Positions 9,465 to 19,399 of a stretch of DNA of 64,000 nucleotides are shown here, in pieces. Made by a program: the position numbers and the translations under genes. The notes under the pieces were generated by a model that was not told where the DNA came from, did not search any database, and worked only from the letters and a program-made list of their open reading frames with translations. Location of the stretch: positions 35,567-99,566 of the forward strand of contig CAZEAB010000002.1 in NCBI GenBank assembly GCA_964510085.1, written 5' to 3'. Each line of letters starts with the position of its first letter. Position 1 is the first letter of the stretch. Source of the DNA: an uncultured Methanosarcinales archaeon (GTDB taxonomy: Archaea > Nanobdellota > Nanobdellia > Woesearchaeales > GW2011-AR9).

Positions 9465-9653
9465 ATGGGACGAATAAAGACAACATTTGTAAAACGACGA
9501 ACTAAAGAACTCCTACGAGATCACGGAGACAAGTTCACTGACGACTTTACTGAGAACAAGAAGATAACTGATCAATATGCCGAGATCCAGAGTAAGAAAT
9601 TACGAAACATAATGGCTGGGTATATGACGAGACTTAAAAAGAAACAACAGTGA
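9465..9653 (+). CDS. rps17e: 30S ribosomal protein eS17
   Basis: 62 aa. The sequence MGRIKTTFVKRRTKELL…KLRNIMAGYMTRLKK is typical of S17e. Confidence 0.8.
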   Translation: MGRIKTTFVKRRTKELLRDHGDKFTDDFTENKKITDQYAEIQSKKLRNIMAGYMTRLKKKQQ

Positions 9654-9660
9654 TTGTGCC

Positions 9661-9936
9661 ATGACAGATAATTCTGTATTTATTGGAAACAAGGCGTTTA
9701 TGAACTATGTTACAAGCGTCGTAATGCAATTTGCAACAAAAAACGCAGACGAAGTCATTGTCAAAGCTCGTGGCAAATTTATTTCTCGAGCAGTTGATGT
9801 TGCAGAAGTAGCACGAAAACGATTTTTAGATGGAAAACTTGCAATTAAAGATATTAAGATAGACAGTGACGAATTTGAAACAGAAGGTAAGCAAGTTCGT
9901 GTTAGCAATATAGAGATTACGCTTACCAAACAATAA
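9661..9936 (+). CDS. albA: DNA/RNA-binding protein Alba
   Basis: 91 aa. The sequence FIGNKAFMNYVTSVVMQF…KARGKFISRAVDVAEVARKRF is a strong match to the Alba family. Confidence 0.85.
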   Translation: MTDNSVFIGNKAFMNYVTSVVMQFATKNADEVIVKARGKFISRAVDVAEVARKRFLDGKLAIKDIKIDSDEFETEGKQVRVSNIEITLTKQ

Positions 9937-9985
9937 CTATATATACCTTATTTCCTTCCTAAAGTCACAAAAAGAGGTAATTACA

Positions 9986-11629
9986 TTGGACTTAGAGAGA
10001 GAAATCAAAGATATTGGGAGATTTAAGGAGATTCTTAAAGTATTTTTTGAAGAAGGTCTAGGCCATTATATAACTCATTTTAGAGAACACTTACCTTGGC
10101 ATCATCGAGTAAAAGCCCATTTAAGTAAAAATAAACGAACTGCTGCAGCACTACGACGTTCTTTTGAAAGACTTGGACCAACGTTTGTAAAACTCGGCCA
10201 ACTCCTCTCATTACGAGCAGATTTAGTTCCAAGAGAATTCACAGAAGAACTCTCAAAGTTACAAGATGAAGTCCCTTCATTTAGTTATGCAAAAGCAAAA
10301 AAGATTGTAGAAGGAGAGTTAGGTAAACCAATAAATACAGTTTTCAAATCGTTTGATAAAAAACCATACGCATCAGCTTCAATAGCGCAAGTACATAAAG
10401 CAGTTCTTAAGAATGGAAAGAAAGTAGCAGTCAAAGTACAAAGACCAAACGTGAGCGAGATAATAAATGAAGATCTTGACATATTATTCTTCATAGCAAA
10501 ACATCTTGAAGAGAGATTCCCAACAGTAAAAGATTATCATCCCGTAGATGTTATCAAAGAATTTGCAATATGGACACGAAAAGAACTTAACTTCAACATA
10601 GAAGCACGTCATGCAGAAAGAATCAAAGAAGAGATGCAAGATAATCCCAACATAAAAATTCCTGACATATATGAAGACCTTACCTCACATCGTGTGATGG
10701 TAATGGAGTTTATTGATGGTGTAAACATAGATGATGTAGAAGGTCTTAAAAAACAGAGACTAAACAAAAAGAAAATAGCAGAAAATTATTTTCTTGCGAT
10801 TCTCGAACAAGCACTACTATATGGATTATTTCATGCAGACCCACATCCCGCAAATATATTCATACAACGAGATGGAAAAATAGTATTTCTTGATTACGGG
10901 ATTGTTGGAGAAGTATCTGAAAAAGATAGAACAACGGTTATGGAATTTATATCTTCAATTCCAGAAAAGAATGCCGATAAAAGTATTGACTTAATTCTTA
11001 AACTAGCAAAATCTACTGACGAAGAAAAATTGCCTCTATTTAAACAGCACGTACATGATATTTTACAGGAAGTCTATTTCCATTCTGTAAAACAAGCAGG
11101 TGTTGGAAAAGGATTCTATGAAATTATATCAACCGGTGCTAAATATGGCATAATTTTCAAACCAGAACATGTATTGATGGCAAAAGCAATATATCAAGCA
11201 GAAGCAATTGTAATGGATTTATATCCTTCATTTAAATTGGCAAAAGGATTAAAAGATTTTGAAAAAGATTACATCAAAGAACAACTTTCACCAATCAGAA
11301 TAGCACGGAAATTAAAAAAGCAAATTATTAACCACAAAGAATTACTGCTAGAGTTACCAGAACGAATACAACATATCATTGATCGATTAGAAAATCCACC
11401 AAAACAACATTGTGAAAAAGAACATCTTGTAGAAATTGAACATAGGATGCACGAATTGTCTAACCAGAAAAATGTGGGATTTGCAGTAATAGTTTTATCA
11501 ATTGCAACTTTATTCTTTTTTTATGCAGAAGGAAAGACACACATATTTGGAATAGCAATAAGCACATATCTTATCATCGCAACATTTATTACTGTAATAT
11601 ATTTACTAATACACAAAAGGAGGCATTAA
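9986..11629 (+). CDS. ABC1/UbiB-family atypical protein kinase with C-terminal TM segments
   Basis: 547 aa. It has the ADCK-type kinase core (…AQVHKAVLKNGKKVAVKVQRP…FHADPHPANIFI…DYG) and a hydrophobic C-terminus. Confidence 0.8.
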   Translation: MDLEREIKDIGRFKEILKVFFEEGLGHYITHFREHLPWHHRVKAHLSKNKRTAAALRRSFERLGPTFVKLGQLLSLRADLVPREFTEELSKLQDEVPSFSYAKAKKIVEGELGKPINTVFKSFDKKPYASASIAQVHKAVLKNGKKVAVKVQRPNVSEIINEDLDILFFIAKHLEERFPTVKDYHPVDVIKEFAIWTRKELNFNIEARHAERIKEEMQDNPNIKIPDIYEDLTSHRVMVMEFIDGVNIDDVEGLKKQRLNKKKIAENYFLAILEQALLYGLFHADPHPANIFIQRDGKIVFLDYGIVGEVSEKDRTTVMEFISSIPEKNADKSIDLILKLAKSTDEEKLPLFKQHVHDILQEVYFHSVKQAGVGKGFYEIISTGAKYGIIFKPEHVLMAKAIYQAEAIVMDLYPSFKLAKGLKDFEKDYIKEQLSPIRIARKLKKQIINHKELLLELPERIQHIIDRLENPPKQHCEKEHLVEIEHRMHELSNQKNVGFAVIVLSIATLFFFYAEGKTHIFGIAISTYLIIATFITVIYLLIHKRRH

Positions 11630-11631
11630 CA

Positions 11632-11979
11632 ATGAAGGTAACAGCACAAAAAGCATTAAAGACAGGTTTTGGATTAGGACTTCTTACATTATCCCAAGGA
11701 AAAAAATTAGCAAAACAATTACAGAAAGAACTTGGATTAAATGAAAAAGAAAGTACTAAACTAGCAAAAGAATTTGTAAAAAGTTCAAGGAAAGCAAGTC
11801 AAGAAGTAGTAGGCATGGTAGGAAAACATGTTGAAAAAGCAGTAATTAGATCTGGCCTTGCAAAGAAAAGTGAACTCAAAGTTGTCAAGAACACGCTTAA
11901 GAGACGAGTAAAGAAAGTTGTCAAGAAAGTCGCTCCAAAGAAAGCAAAGAAAAAGACAACAAAAAGGAAGAAGAAATAA
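11632..11979 (+). CDS. Basic, lysine-tailed hypothetical protein
   Basis: 115 aa with a C-terminal KKVVKKVAPKKAKKKTTKRKKK tail. It starts 3 nt after the kinase gene. Confidence 0.4.
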   Translation: MKVTAQKALKTGFGLGLLTLSQGKKLAKQLQKELGLNEKESTKLAKEFVKSSRKASQEVVGMVGKHVEKAVIRSGLAKKSELKVVKNTLKRRVKKVVKKVAPKKAKKKTTKRKKK

Positions 11980-12034
11980 ATTTTGTTTTATTCTTTTACT
12001 CCCCTAAACCTTTATAAATACCCTACTTTTCTGT

Positions 12035-13273
12035 ATGAGTATGGCAAAGAAATCTACTTTTGTACAACCTGAACTCAATATTGCATTAGTTGGACACGTA
12101 GACCATGGTAAAACAACATTAACGGAAAGATTATCAGGAAAATGGACAGATACTCACTCTGAAGAATTAAAACGTGGAATTACCATTAGGTTAGGATATG
12201 CAGATTTCTCAATATACAAATGTGATAAATGTGACTTTTTTACAGGCAAAGAAAAATGTATTAAATGTAACTCTGCTACAAAACTTCAACGAAAAATCTC
12301 ATTAGTAGACGCACCTGGCCACGAATCATTAATGGCAACCATGTTATCTGGTGCATCTATAGTAAATTCAGCAATATTAATGGTGGCAGCAAATGAACGA
12401 TGCCCACAACCACAGACAAAAGAACATTTAATGGCATTACAAATCTCTGGAATTAAGAATATAATTGTAGTTCAAAATAAAATAGATTTAGTAGATGAAG
12501 AAGGAGCAATAAAAAATTATAAACAAATAAAAGAGTTTCTTGCAGACACAGATTACAAAGACGCACCAATAATCCCAATCTCAGCAAGAGCTAACGTAAA
12601 CATAGACATGCTACTTAATGCAATACAAGAACATTTCCCAACACCAAAAATAGATGCAAAAGCAGAACCATTGATGTTAGTAGCACGATCTTTTGACATT
12701 AATAAGCCAGGAATCAAACCAGCAGATTTGAAAGGTGGAGTTCTTGGTGGAACAGTTAAAGCAGGAAAATTTAAAGTTGGAGATAAAATCGAAATCAAAC
12801 CAGGATATATGGTACAAGAGAAAAATAAACTTAAATGGATTCCAATTACAACTAAAATCACAGGAATATTTTCTGGTGGTGAACCAGTAAAAGAAATTCT
12901 TCCAGGTGGAAGTATGGCACTCGGAACAGAACTTGATCCAACCATTGTCAAATCAGACAGTTTAACAGGGTCATTAGTTGGTGTACCAGGAAAATTACCC
13001 CCAGTACATTATGAAATTTCATTAGAAACACACTTACTTAAGAGAGTAGTTGGAACAAAAGACGAAGTAGAAGTAAAACCTCTTGCAAAGAAAGAAATGT
13101 TAATGTTAAATGTTAATAGTGCTGCTACAGTCGGTGTTGTAACAAATCCAAGTAAAAAGAAAACATCTTGTTTATTAAAGAAACCAATTTGTGCAAATCC
13201 TGGCGACAGAATTACTATTTCTCGTAGGGTTGGCGACAGGTTTAGATTAATTGGGTATGGAATTCTTAAATGA
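12035..13273 (+). CDS. eif2g: Translation initiation factor aIF2 gamma subunit
   Basis: It has a GTPase G1 motif (GHVDHGKTT) and the archaeal/eukaryal zinc-ribbon insertion (CDKCDFFTGKEKCIKCNS). The TATA-like 'cctttataaata' at 12009..12020 suggests the true start is the Met at 12041. Confidence 0.9.
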   Translation: MSMAKKSTFVQPELNIALVGHVDHGKTTLTERLSGKWTDTHSEELKRGITIRLGYADFSIYKCDKCDFFTGKEKCIKCNSATKLQRKISLVDAPGHESLMATMLSGASIVNSAILMVAANERCPQPQTKEHLMALQISGIKNIIVVQNKIDLVDEEGAIKNYKQIKEFLADTDYKDAPIIPISARANVNIDMLLNAIQEHFPTPKIDAKAEPLMLVARSFDINKPGIKPADLKGGVLGGTVKAGKFKVGDKIEIKPGYMVQEKNKLKWIPITTKITGIFSGGEPVKEILPGGSMALGTELDPTIVKSDSLTGSLVGVPGKLPPVHYEISLETHLLKRVVGTKDEVEVKPLAKKEMLMLNVNSAATVGVVTNPSKKKTSCLLKKPICANPGDRITISRRVGDRFRLIGYGILK

Positions 13274-13321
13274 ATTCCAAATCCTCGACTACGTCTGCGG
13301 TTATGGCATATTAAAATAAAG

Positions 13322-13451
13322 TGCCCCCGCCGAGATTTTCGCAACCAAAAGGTTATTTGAACTCGGGACCTCCAGCTTGCCAAGCGTACTACAGCCGTAA
13401 CTGCAGCATCATATAAGACTGGCGCTCTAGACCAGACTGAGCTATGGGGGC
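13322..13451 (-). tRNA. tRNA-Ile (encoded anticodon TAT) with two putative introns, at 37/38 (~34 nt) and in the T-loop at 59/60 (~20 nt)
   Basis: Hand-folded. The acceptor stem is GCCCCCA/CGGGGGC. The D-arm GCTC-AGTCTGGTCTA-GAGC is of Ile/Met type. The anticodon stem CCAGT/GCTGG is only formed after removing 34 nt, leaving loop CTTATAA. The T-arm CCGAG-TTCAAA[20 nt]T-CTCGG is split by an insert. Confidence 0.55.
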
Positions 13452-13586
13452 GTAATTCAACTAATAACGGCTTCTCTTTTTAAATATTCTCTCTAAACAC
13501 CTCTGTAACTCCTATTAAGTGGCACAAAATAGAAACATTTATATATGTCACCCTGTAGTAAATACATTCAGGGCACAAAAACGGCC

Positions 13587-13600
13587 CGTTTATATAAATC
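13587..13600 (+). promoter_or_regulatory. TATA-like box upstream of nnr
   Basis: 'cgtttatataaatc' lies about 12 nt upstream of the ATG at 13612. Confidence 0.4.
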
Positions 13601-13611
13601 AGAGGGATACA

Positions 13612-14490
13612 ATGAACTTAAATCAACTAAAAAAATTAATGGATAGGAAGAAAAATTCCAAAAAAGGAGATAATGGTAGAGCATTAGTTATAGGTGGTTC
13701 TGAAGAATATGTAGGTGCACTTGCATTAGCAGGATTAGGCGCATTACGAGCAAGTTGCGATGTAGTAACCGTAGCATCCTCTGACAAAGTAGCATGGGCA
13801 GTAAATAGATATGCACCAGACTTAATTACACATAAAATTAAAGGACAAAACACATATACTGTAAAAAATGCCAAAGAAATGGTAAAATTTGCAGACAGAT
13901 TCGATGCAACATTAGTTGGATGCGGAATGACTCGAAAAGGAGATAAATTCTCACAATTTTTTGTAAAAAAATTCCAAGGACCTAAAGTAGTAGATGCAGA
14001 TGCATTAAAAGGAATGTCATTTAAAGAATTTGAAAATTGTATTATAACCCCCCACGAAACAGAATTAGAAATGATGTTAGTAAACTCAGGAAAAGAATTC
14101 TTACTTCCAAAATTACGAGTATCAAACGCAAAAGAAAAAGCAGAGATCTTACAAGGAAACTTACGATATTTCTTACATAATAACAACGTATTACTCTTAA
14201 AAGGCGCAACAGACATAATTATATCTCGAAACAGAATCTCGTTTAACAGAACTGGAAATCAAGGAATGACAAAAGCTGGAACAGGCGACGTATTAGCAGG
14301 ATTATGTGTTGGATTCTTAGCAAAAACTCACGATTTATTCAAAAGTGCATGTGCAGCAGCATTCATCAACGGATTAGTTGGCGACGAACTTTTGAAGAAG
14401 AAGAAAGGATACAGTTTCATTGCATCAGACATTGTAGAAGATCTAAAGAAGATTGATACAATGAAGAAGACGAAGAAACGTAAGAAGTAA
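13612..14490 (+). CDS. nnr: ADP-dependent NAD(P)H-hydrate dehydratase (YjeF C-terminal / Nnr2 domain)
   Basis: It has a carbohydrate-kinase-like fold (GRALVIGGSEEYVGALALAG…GTGDVLAGL). The listed ORF starts at 13519, but the promoter box favours the in-frame Met at 13612. Confidence 0.75.
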   Translation: MNLNQLKKLMDRKKNSKKGDNGRALVIGGSEEYVGALALAGLGALRASCDVVTVASSDKVAWAVNRYAPDLITHKIKGQNTYTVKNAKEMVKFADRFDATLVGCGMTRKGDKFSQFFVKKFQGPKVVDADALKGMSFKEFENCIITPHETELEMMLVNSGKEFLLPKLRVSNAKEKAEILQGNLRYFLHNNNVLLLKGATDIIISRNRISFNRTGNQGMTKAGTGDVLAGLCVGFLAKTHDLFKSACAAAFINGLVGDELLKKKKGYSFIASDIVEDLKKIDTMKKTKKRKK

Positions 14491-14522
14491 AATTTTATAT
14501 ACTCTTTTTATTTACCCTTACC

Positions 14523-15365
14523 ATGAAAAAAAAGAGTGAACGTTCTAAATTATTCAATTTCCTAAAAGCAAATCTCGATAATTATGCTTCCAAAGCAGGA
14601 AGAAGAATGGAAGGAACACTCTTTTTCATCAACTTTCTTGCAATAGTAATCTTTGTAATAGAAACACATGACGTTTCGGAAGCGACGCACGCATTTCTTT
14701 TCGCATCAGAATTAGTATTAGTAAGCATCTTCGTACTTGAATATTTAGCAAGAATGTGGGTTGCAGAAAAGAGAGTCAAACATTTCTTTAATGTATATAG
14801 TATCATAGATTTAGTCGCAATCTTACCGATAGCATTAAACTTTATCAACTTAACATTCCTCAGAATCTTCAGAATACTAAGGATATTCAGAATTTTACGG
14901 ATACTGCGGTTCCAACGTGTTTTCAAATCTAAAGATACAATGTTTGGAGCTCTTAGTGATACACAACTAGTTATCATAAGAATTGTATTAACAGTATTCA
15001 CCATTGTCTTTGTATCTGCCAGCTTCATATGGGCGGTGGAGAACAAAGTTAATCCCGGACAGTTTAAAACCCTATGGCATGCATTATATTTTGCCATTGT
15101 AACACTCTCCACAGTAGGATATGGAGATGTAACCCCAGTATCTTCCTGGGGTAGAGGTATTACTGTAACAATGATACTTGCTGGTATCGCATTAATCCCT
15201 TGGCAACTTGGTAAGTTAGTAAAAATCATGTTTGACGCATCGAGGAAAACGTCTATTAAATGCCGTAAATGTGGAATGATAGAACACGACTTAGATGCAT
15301 TATTTTGTAAGATTTGTGGTACGAAGGTTAAACAGCAAGTTAAGAAGAAAGGAATGGTTAGTTAG
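14523..15365 (+). CDS. Voltage-gated K+ channel (KvAP-like) with a C-terminal zinc ribbon
   Basis: It has an S4 segment with Arg every third residue (RIFRILRIFRILRILRF) and the pore-helix / selectivity filter TVGYGD. The C-terminus is CRKCGMIEHDLDALFCKICG. Confidence 0.8.
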   Translation: MKKKSERSKLFNFLKANLDNYASKAGRRMEGTLFFINFLAIVIFVIETHDVSEATHAFLFASELVLVSIFVLEYLARMWVAEKRVKHFFNVYSIIDLVAILPIALNFINLTFLRIFRILRIFRILRILRFQRVFKSKDTMFGALSDTQLVIIRIVLTVFTIVFVSASFIWAVENKVNPGQFKTLWHALYFAIVTLSTVGYGDVTPVSSWGRGITVTMILAGIALIPWQLGKLVKIMFDASRKTSIKCRKCGMIEHDLDALFCKICGTKVKQQVKKKGMVS

Positions 15366-15367
15366 TT

Positions 15368-15898
15368 TTAATCTAAAAGACCAGCTCTCGCTAACTTACC
15401 TCCAATTCCTGCAGCTATATGTGGACTAGAGCCATTCCATTCTTTTGGAATTTCAAGAAATACAACTGTTGCAGCGTATTCTTTTCCATATAAACCCCAT
15501 GGCCAATATACAGCAAATTGACGGATCCCTTCTGTTTCTTTGAAGTAGAGAGGTTGTGTTGGAACAAACCTTAAACTTCCTTGAACTCTATCTAAGATTC
15601 CTTGTAAATAAGAGGGCGTCGGAACTTCTGCTTCAAAAAAATGATCATAATATTCTCTTAATAATGTTTTTACGCTTGTCAAAGCTGGTTCACCTCTCGC
15701 CACGAGTTCTATTAGAGAAGGTTTTACTTGTGGTGCGACATCAACTAAACCATTTCTAATATACGAAGTGCCAGTAGAACTTAACTCTGATTGAATTCTT
15801 CTTGTTAAAGAATAATTTTGTTCATAGTTTTCCATAAATATTGAAATTGATATTACTATAAAAAATTTTGTGAAAATATTCTTATTAGTAATAAACAT
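15368..15898 (-). CDS. Hypothetical protein with an N-terminal hydrophobic segment
   Basis: 176 aa ORF. No motif was recognised. Confidence 0.35.
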   Translation of the reverse strand: MFITNKNIFTKFFIVISISIFMENYEQNYSLTRRIQSELSSTGTSYIRNGLVDVAPQVKPSLIELVARGEPALTSVKTLLREYYDHFFEAEVPTPSYLQGILDRVQGSLRFVPTQPLYFKETEGIRQFAVYWPWGLYGKEYAATVVFLEIPKEWNGSSPHIAAGIGGKLARAGLLD

Positions 15899-15907
15899 AC
15901 AAATAAC

Positions 15908-18025
15908 TCAAACCTTCCAACCAGTAATAATAATAGTCTCAAACAATCCTTTCTTATGCTCTATTTGAACATCAAAACCAGCAGTTGCAAACATCTGCTT
16001 TAACTTCACATCGTTCTCAATCCATGCAACGTTCGGAATCAAGTAAAAGAACTTTTCATAATCAACAAAGATAATCTCCCCACCTTTCTTCACAAACTTT
16101 CCAATAGAATTCAAAATTTGTTGAGGTTTCTGCATACTAGATAACATGCCAATAGAAACAACACCATCAACAGTATGAGGAAGGTGTACAGTAAAATCAA
16201 CTAAACTTGGTTCATGAAACGTCTGAACATGAACATGTTTTTTCACTCTCTTTTGTGTATACCCTAGTTTTGTTTTAGAAATATCAACAGCAAATAACTT
16301 ACCATGCGCCTGCACAAGATGGGCCAACTTCTCAGTTAAGATTCCAACAGAACAACCATATTCTAAAATCTGTTTACCAGCAAGTTCATTCATACTTTCT
16401 AACAATTTCTTCTTAATACCAAACGAAAAGAACAACTTCTCCGTAATCAAACTTAGCCATGCCAAACTATCTCCTGTGCTCTTAATAGCCTTCTCACTAT
16501 AAAACATCTGTACCATGAAGAAAAATGGGATACCTAAAAATAAAAATGATAATGCCAGACGAGCAATAGCCCATGCACCACCACCTTCAAGATATAACCA
16601 ATTACCAATCAACCCAAAGAATATTAATACTAATATAATTGGACCAATCGTACCAAACGGAGCTCTAAATGGCCTTTCTAACTCTTTATACTTACGACGT
16701 AATATCGGAACGGCTAACACAATCATAGACACAACAAGTAAACTAAGTAACACATAAATCAAATAGATACTCCTATACGAATCCTTCCAACCTACTATAT
16801 CTCCTCGAAAAATAAACCACGAAAATAGTAACACCATCACAGACTGGAAATATACAGCTCTATGTGGGGATTTATGTTTTGGATGTAACACCGCAAGTTG
16901 CTTGATAAACAATTTATCTCCTGCCATCGCTTGCAATAAACGAGAACCAGCAATAGGCCATGCAGCAGCAGCTCCCACAATTACAAGATACATACCAAAC
17001 ACAAGAACTTCCTTACCCGTAGCGCCTAGCGTGTTAAACGCTTGCACAGCAAACGGACGGAGATCTTTTACATAATCACTATATGGGACAGTTCCCATAG
17101 AACTAATGATATATATCACCATAATAACAGCACAAATTAAAACTCCAGATATAATCACTCTATGCAATTTTCTTGGTTCTTTAGCTTCATTTCCCATATA
17201 TGTAACAGCTTCGAAACCAAAGAACGCTTCACTAATTAGCAATAAAGATAATCCCAAGAACATGTAGATACTCGTTCCCTCATGTTGAAAGAACGGTTCA
17301 AATAACACCGTATCAAACGGACTTGTAAACCCTCCACCAGAAAATAAAGTTGGGAAATCAATAAACGACGGAATTATCATTGCTAATACTGTAACAGTAG
17401 CAATAATTCCAAACGCAAGTAACATAGTCGAACCAGCATCAATACCACGGAATGCCATATAATTTAATACAAAAATCCAAATAACCACAAAAATCATCTG
17501 TAAAATTAACGCCCTACTTCCAGTTTCAGGAATAAAATATTGAGCTGCTGCAACAATATTAAGAGCCATCCCAAAGTTTCCTGCAATCCATATACCCCAA
17601 CCGGCCATGAATGAACCAAATCTCCCATACGCTTTCTTACAATACTCATACGTACCACCGGAACTTGGAAATAACGACGCTAATTCACCAATATATAACA
17701 TCATCCAACTTGCTAACGCAAATAAAACAACCCATGCTATAATAGAAGCAGCACCAGAACTTGACATTCCCAAACCAGGAAGATAGAATAAAGAAGAACC
17801 TAAAATGGAGTTAATAACAATGAAAAGTAATACGAAAAAACCAAGTTTCTTTTTCGATGTAGCCTGCGTAAGATCTTGAGGTATTTGTGGTTTTCCGGGT
17901 ACTTTTGGTTTAACAGATTGAGTAGGAGCTGCAACTTTAGCTTTAACGGGAACCTTTGCAACGGGTTTAACTTGAGCTACAACGGGCTTTGAGTCACCTA
18001 TACCTAAGAACTTCTTGAAATCCAT
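15908..18025 (-). CDS. APC-family amino-acid/polyamine permease fused to a C-terminal class I SAM-dependent methyltransferase domain
   Basis: 705 aa. About 12 TM helices with APC-like features (GSSLFYLPG…) are followed by a soluble domain with methyltransferase motif I (ILEYGCSVGILTEKLA) and post-I acidic residues. Confidence 0.7.
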   Translation of the reverse strand: MDFKKFLGIGDSKPVVAQVKPVAKVPVKAKVAAPTQSVKPKVPGKPQIPQDLTQATSKKKLGFFVLLFIVINSILGSSLFYLPGLGMSSSGAASIIAWVVLFALASWMMLYIGELASLFPSSGGTYEYCKKAYGRFGSFMAGWGIWIAGNFGMALNIVAAAQYFIPETGSRALILQMIFVVIWIFVLNYMAFRGIDAGSTMLLAFGIIATVTVLAMIIPSFIDFPTLFSGGGFTSPFDTVLFEPFFQHEGTSIYMFLGLSLLLISEAFFGFEAVTYMGNEAKEPRKLHRVIISGVLICAVIMVIYIISSMGTVPYSDYVKDLRPFAVQAFNTLGATGKEVLVFGMYLVIVGAAAAWPIAGSRLLQAMAGDKLFIKQLAVLHPKHKSPHRAVYFQSVMVLLFSWFIFRGDIVGWKDSYRSIYLIYVLLSLLVVSMIVLAVPILRRKYKELERPFRAPFGTIGPIILVLIFFGLIGNWLYLEGGGAWAIARLALSFLFLGIPFFFMVQMFYSEKAIKSTGDSLAWLSLITEKLFFSFGIKKKLLESMNELAGKQILEYGCSVGILTEKLAHLVQAHGKLFAVDISKTKLGYTQKRVKKHVHVQTFHEPSLVDFTVHLPHTVDGVVSIGMLSSMQKPQQILNSIGKFVKKGGEIIFVDYEKFFYLIPNVAWIENDVKLKQMFATAGFDVQIEHKKGLFETIIITGWKV

Positions 18026-18117
18026 AATAACCTCTTTTTTAATAGTAAGAAATTTTTGTTTATAAAAGTATTGTACATCTTCATAAAACTTAAAAACAAC
18101 CTAACTAAATCTACCTC

Positions 18118-18330
18118 ATGCTATATGAAATATATCAACGACCTTGGTTATTAATACTATTATTATTTACCTTAATCTTATGGGAACTAATATGGAAAGC
18201 AGTTGCATTATGGACTTCTGCAAAGAAACATCAAAAACTATGGTTCATATTTATATTAATATTCAACACCGTTGGAATTTTACCAATAGTATACTTACTC
18301 TTTGGAAGAAAGAAAGACGAAACTACGTAG
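18118..18330 (+). CDS. Small membrane protein, hypothetical
   Basis: 70 aa with two hydrophobic helices. Confidence 0.3.
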   Translation: MLYEIYQRPWLLILLLFTLILWELIWKAVALWTSAKKHQKLWFIFILIFNTVGILPIVYLLFGRKKDETT

Positions 18331-19399
18331 CTTCTTCAATTTCAATTTTACCTTTTCGTAACGTCAAAGCAAATTCTTTATCATCATGAAATTTAGCAAT
18401 TTTATTTGCAATTACCGGTAAGATAATTCGATCTCCCCTAAACGTTAAGGATGAGATTATTTTCTGAGATTCATTACCATCTAAACTAATTTCATTCATT
18501 ACTTCCTTTGCTTTCTCTTTCTTCTTTCCGTGAACTATTTCTTCTGTTTTACGAAAAAAGAATTTAGCAATTTCATCAGCAATATTAATAGTAGAAACAG
18601 ACTGAACTCCTTGTAATCCTGGAGAGATATTCGCTTCAATTACTAAAGGACCACGAGGACTTTCTAGAATATCAACACCACATACATCTGCTCCAAGAGC
18701 TTTTGCAGTCTTAACAGCAATCTTAGAAGCTTCGTGACTTAACAAAATAGCTTTTGGTTCTCCGCCAGAATGAGTATTTGCCCTCTTCTCACCTTTCTGA
18801 GCAACACGTTTCATTGACGCAACAACTTTGTCTCCAACAACAATGGCACGGATATCTTCACCATTTGTCTCAATATACTCTTGAATAATAAATGGTTGAT
18901 TTAACGCACCCAAAGCATCTAGTAATGACGCAGCAGAACTTTGTGACTCCGCAAACATAACACCCTTTCCTTGCGTTCCTTCAGGAAACTTCATCACAAT
19001 AGGATAATGAACTCTTTTCAATAATACTTTAGCTTCTTCAATAGTTGAAGAAATATATGTTCTTGGCATAGGAATATTTTGTTGTTCCAACGCAAGATGT
19101 GTTAATAATTTATTATGAACTGTTGTAAAAGAACTTGCAGGAAGAGGCATATACGGAACCTTCCCTTCAAGTAAAGCAGAGATAGATCGTAACAAGTTAG
19201 CAAATCTAAATGAACCCTTTACATATATGCAATCATAATGTTCTAATAATTTTCCTTCATAGAAAATACCACTTTCTTTTCCTAAACGAACTTCTATATT
19301 TCGCAACTGAATCATATCAACTTCATCAAAATGCTTCTTCATTGATTCAACAACCATTTCTGAACTAGTACTACCTAAAGAAATAACTGCCCCTTTCAT
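18323..19399 (-). CDS. RimK-like ATP-grasp ligase (alpha-L-glutamate ligase family) with a ~70 aa C-terminal extension
   Basis: It has an ATP-grasp fold with conserved Lys/Glu/Asp positions (…PIVMKFPEGTQGKGV…EYIE…GEDIRAIVVGDKVV…GVDI…VIEANISPG). It is co-oriented with and overlaps the retropepsin-like partner. Confidence 0.75.
   Translation of the reverse strand: MKGAVISLGSTSSEMVVESMKKHFDEVDMIQLRNIEVRLGKESGIFYEGKLLEHYDCIYVKGSFRFANLLRSISALLEGKVPYMPLPASSFTTVHNKLLTHLALEQQNIPMPRTYISSTIEEAKVLLKRVHYPIVMKFPEGTQGKGVMFAESQSSAASLLDALGALNQPFIIQEYIETNGEDIRAIVVGDKVVASMKRVAQKGEKRANTHSGGEPKAILLSHEASKIAVKTAKALGADVCGVDILESPRGPLVIEANISPGLQGVQSVSTINIADEIAKFFFRKTEEIVHGKKKEKAKEVMNEISLDGNESQKIISSLTFRGDRIILPVIANKIAKFHDDKEFALTLRKGKIEIEEAT

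Noticed and set aside
13519-13611. 5' extension of the nnr ORF (start at 13519)
   Set aside because: The extension begins only ~70 nt from the tRNA-Ile gene and would lie upstream of the TATA-like box (13587..13600). The Met at 13612 gives a protein beginning with the conserved region.
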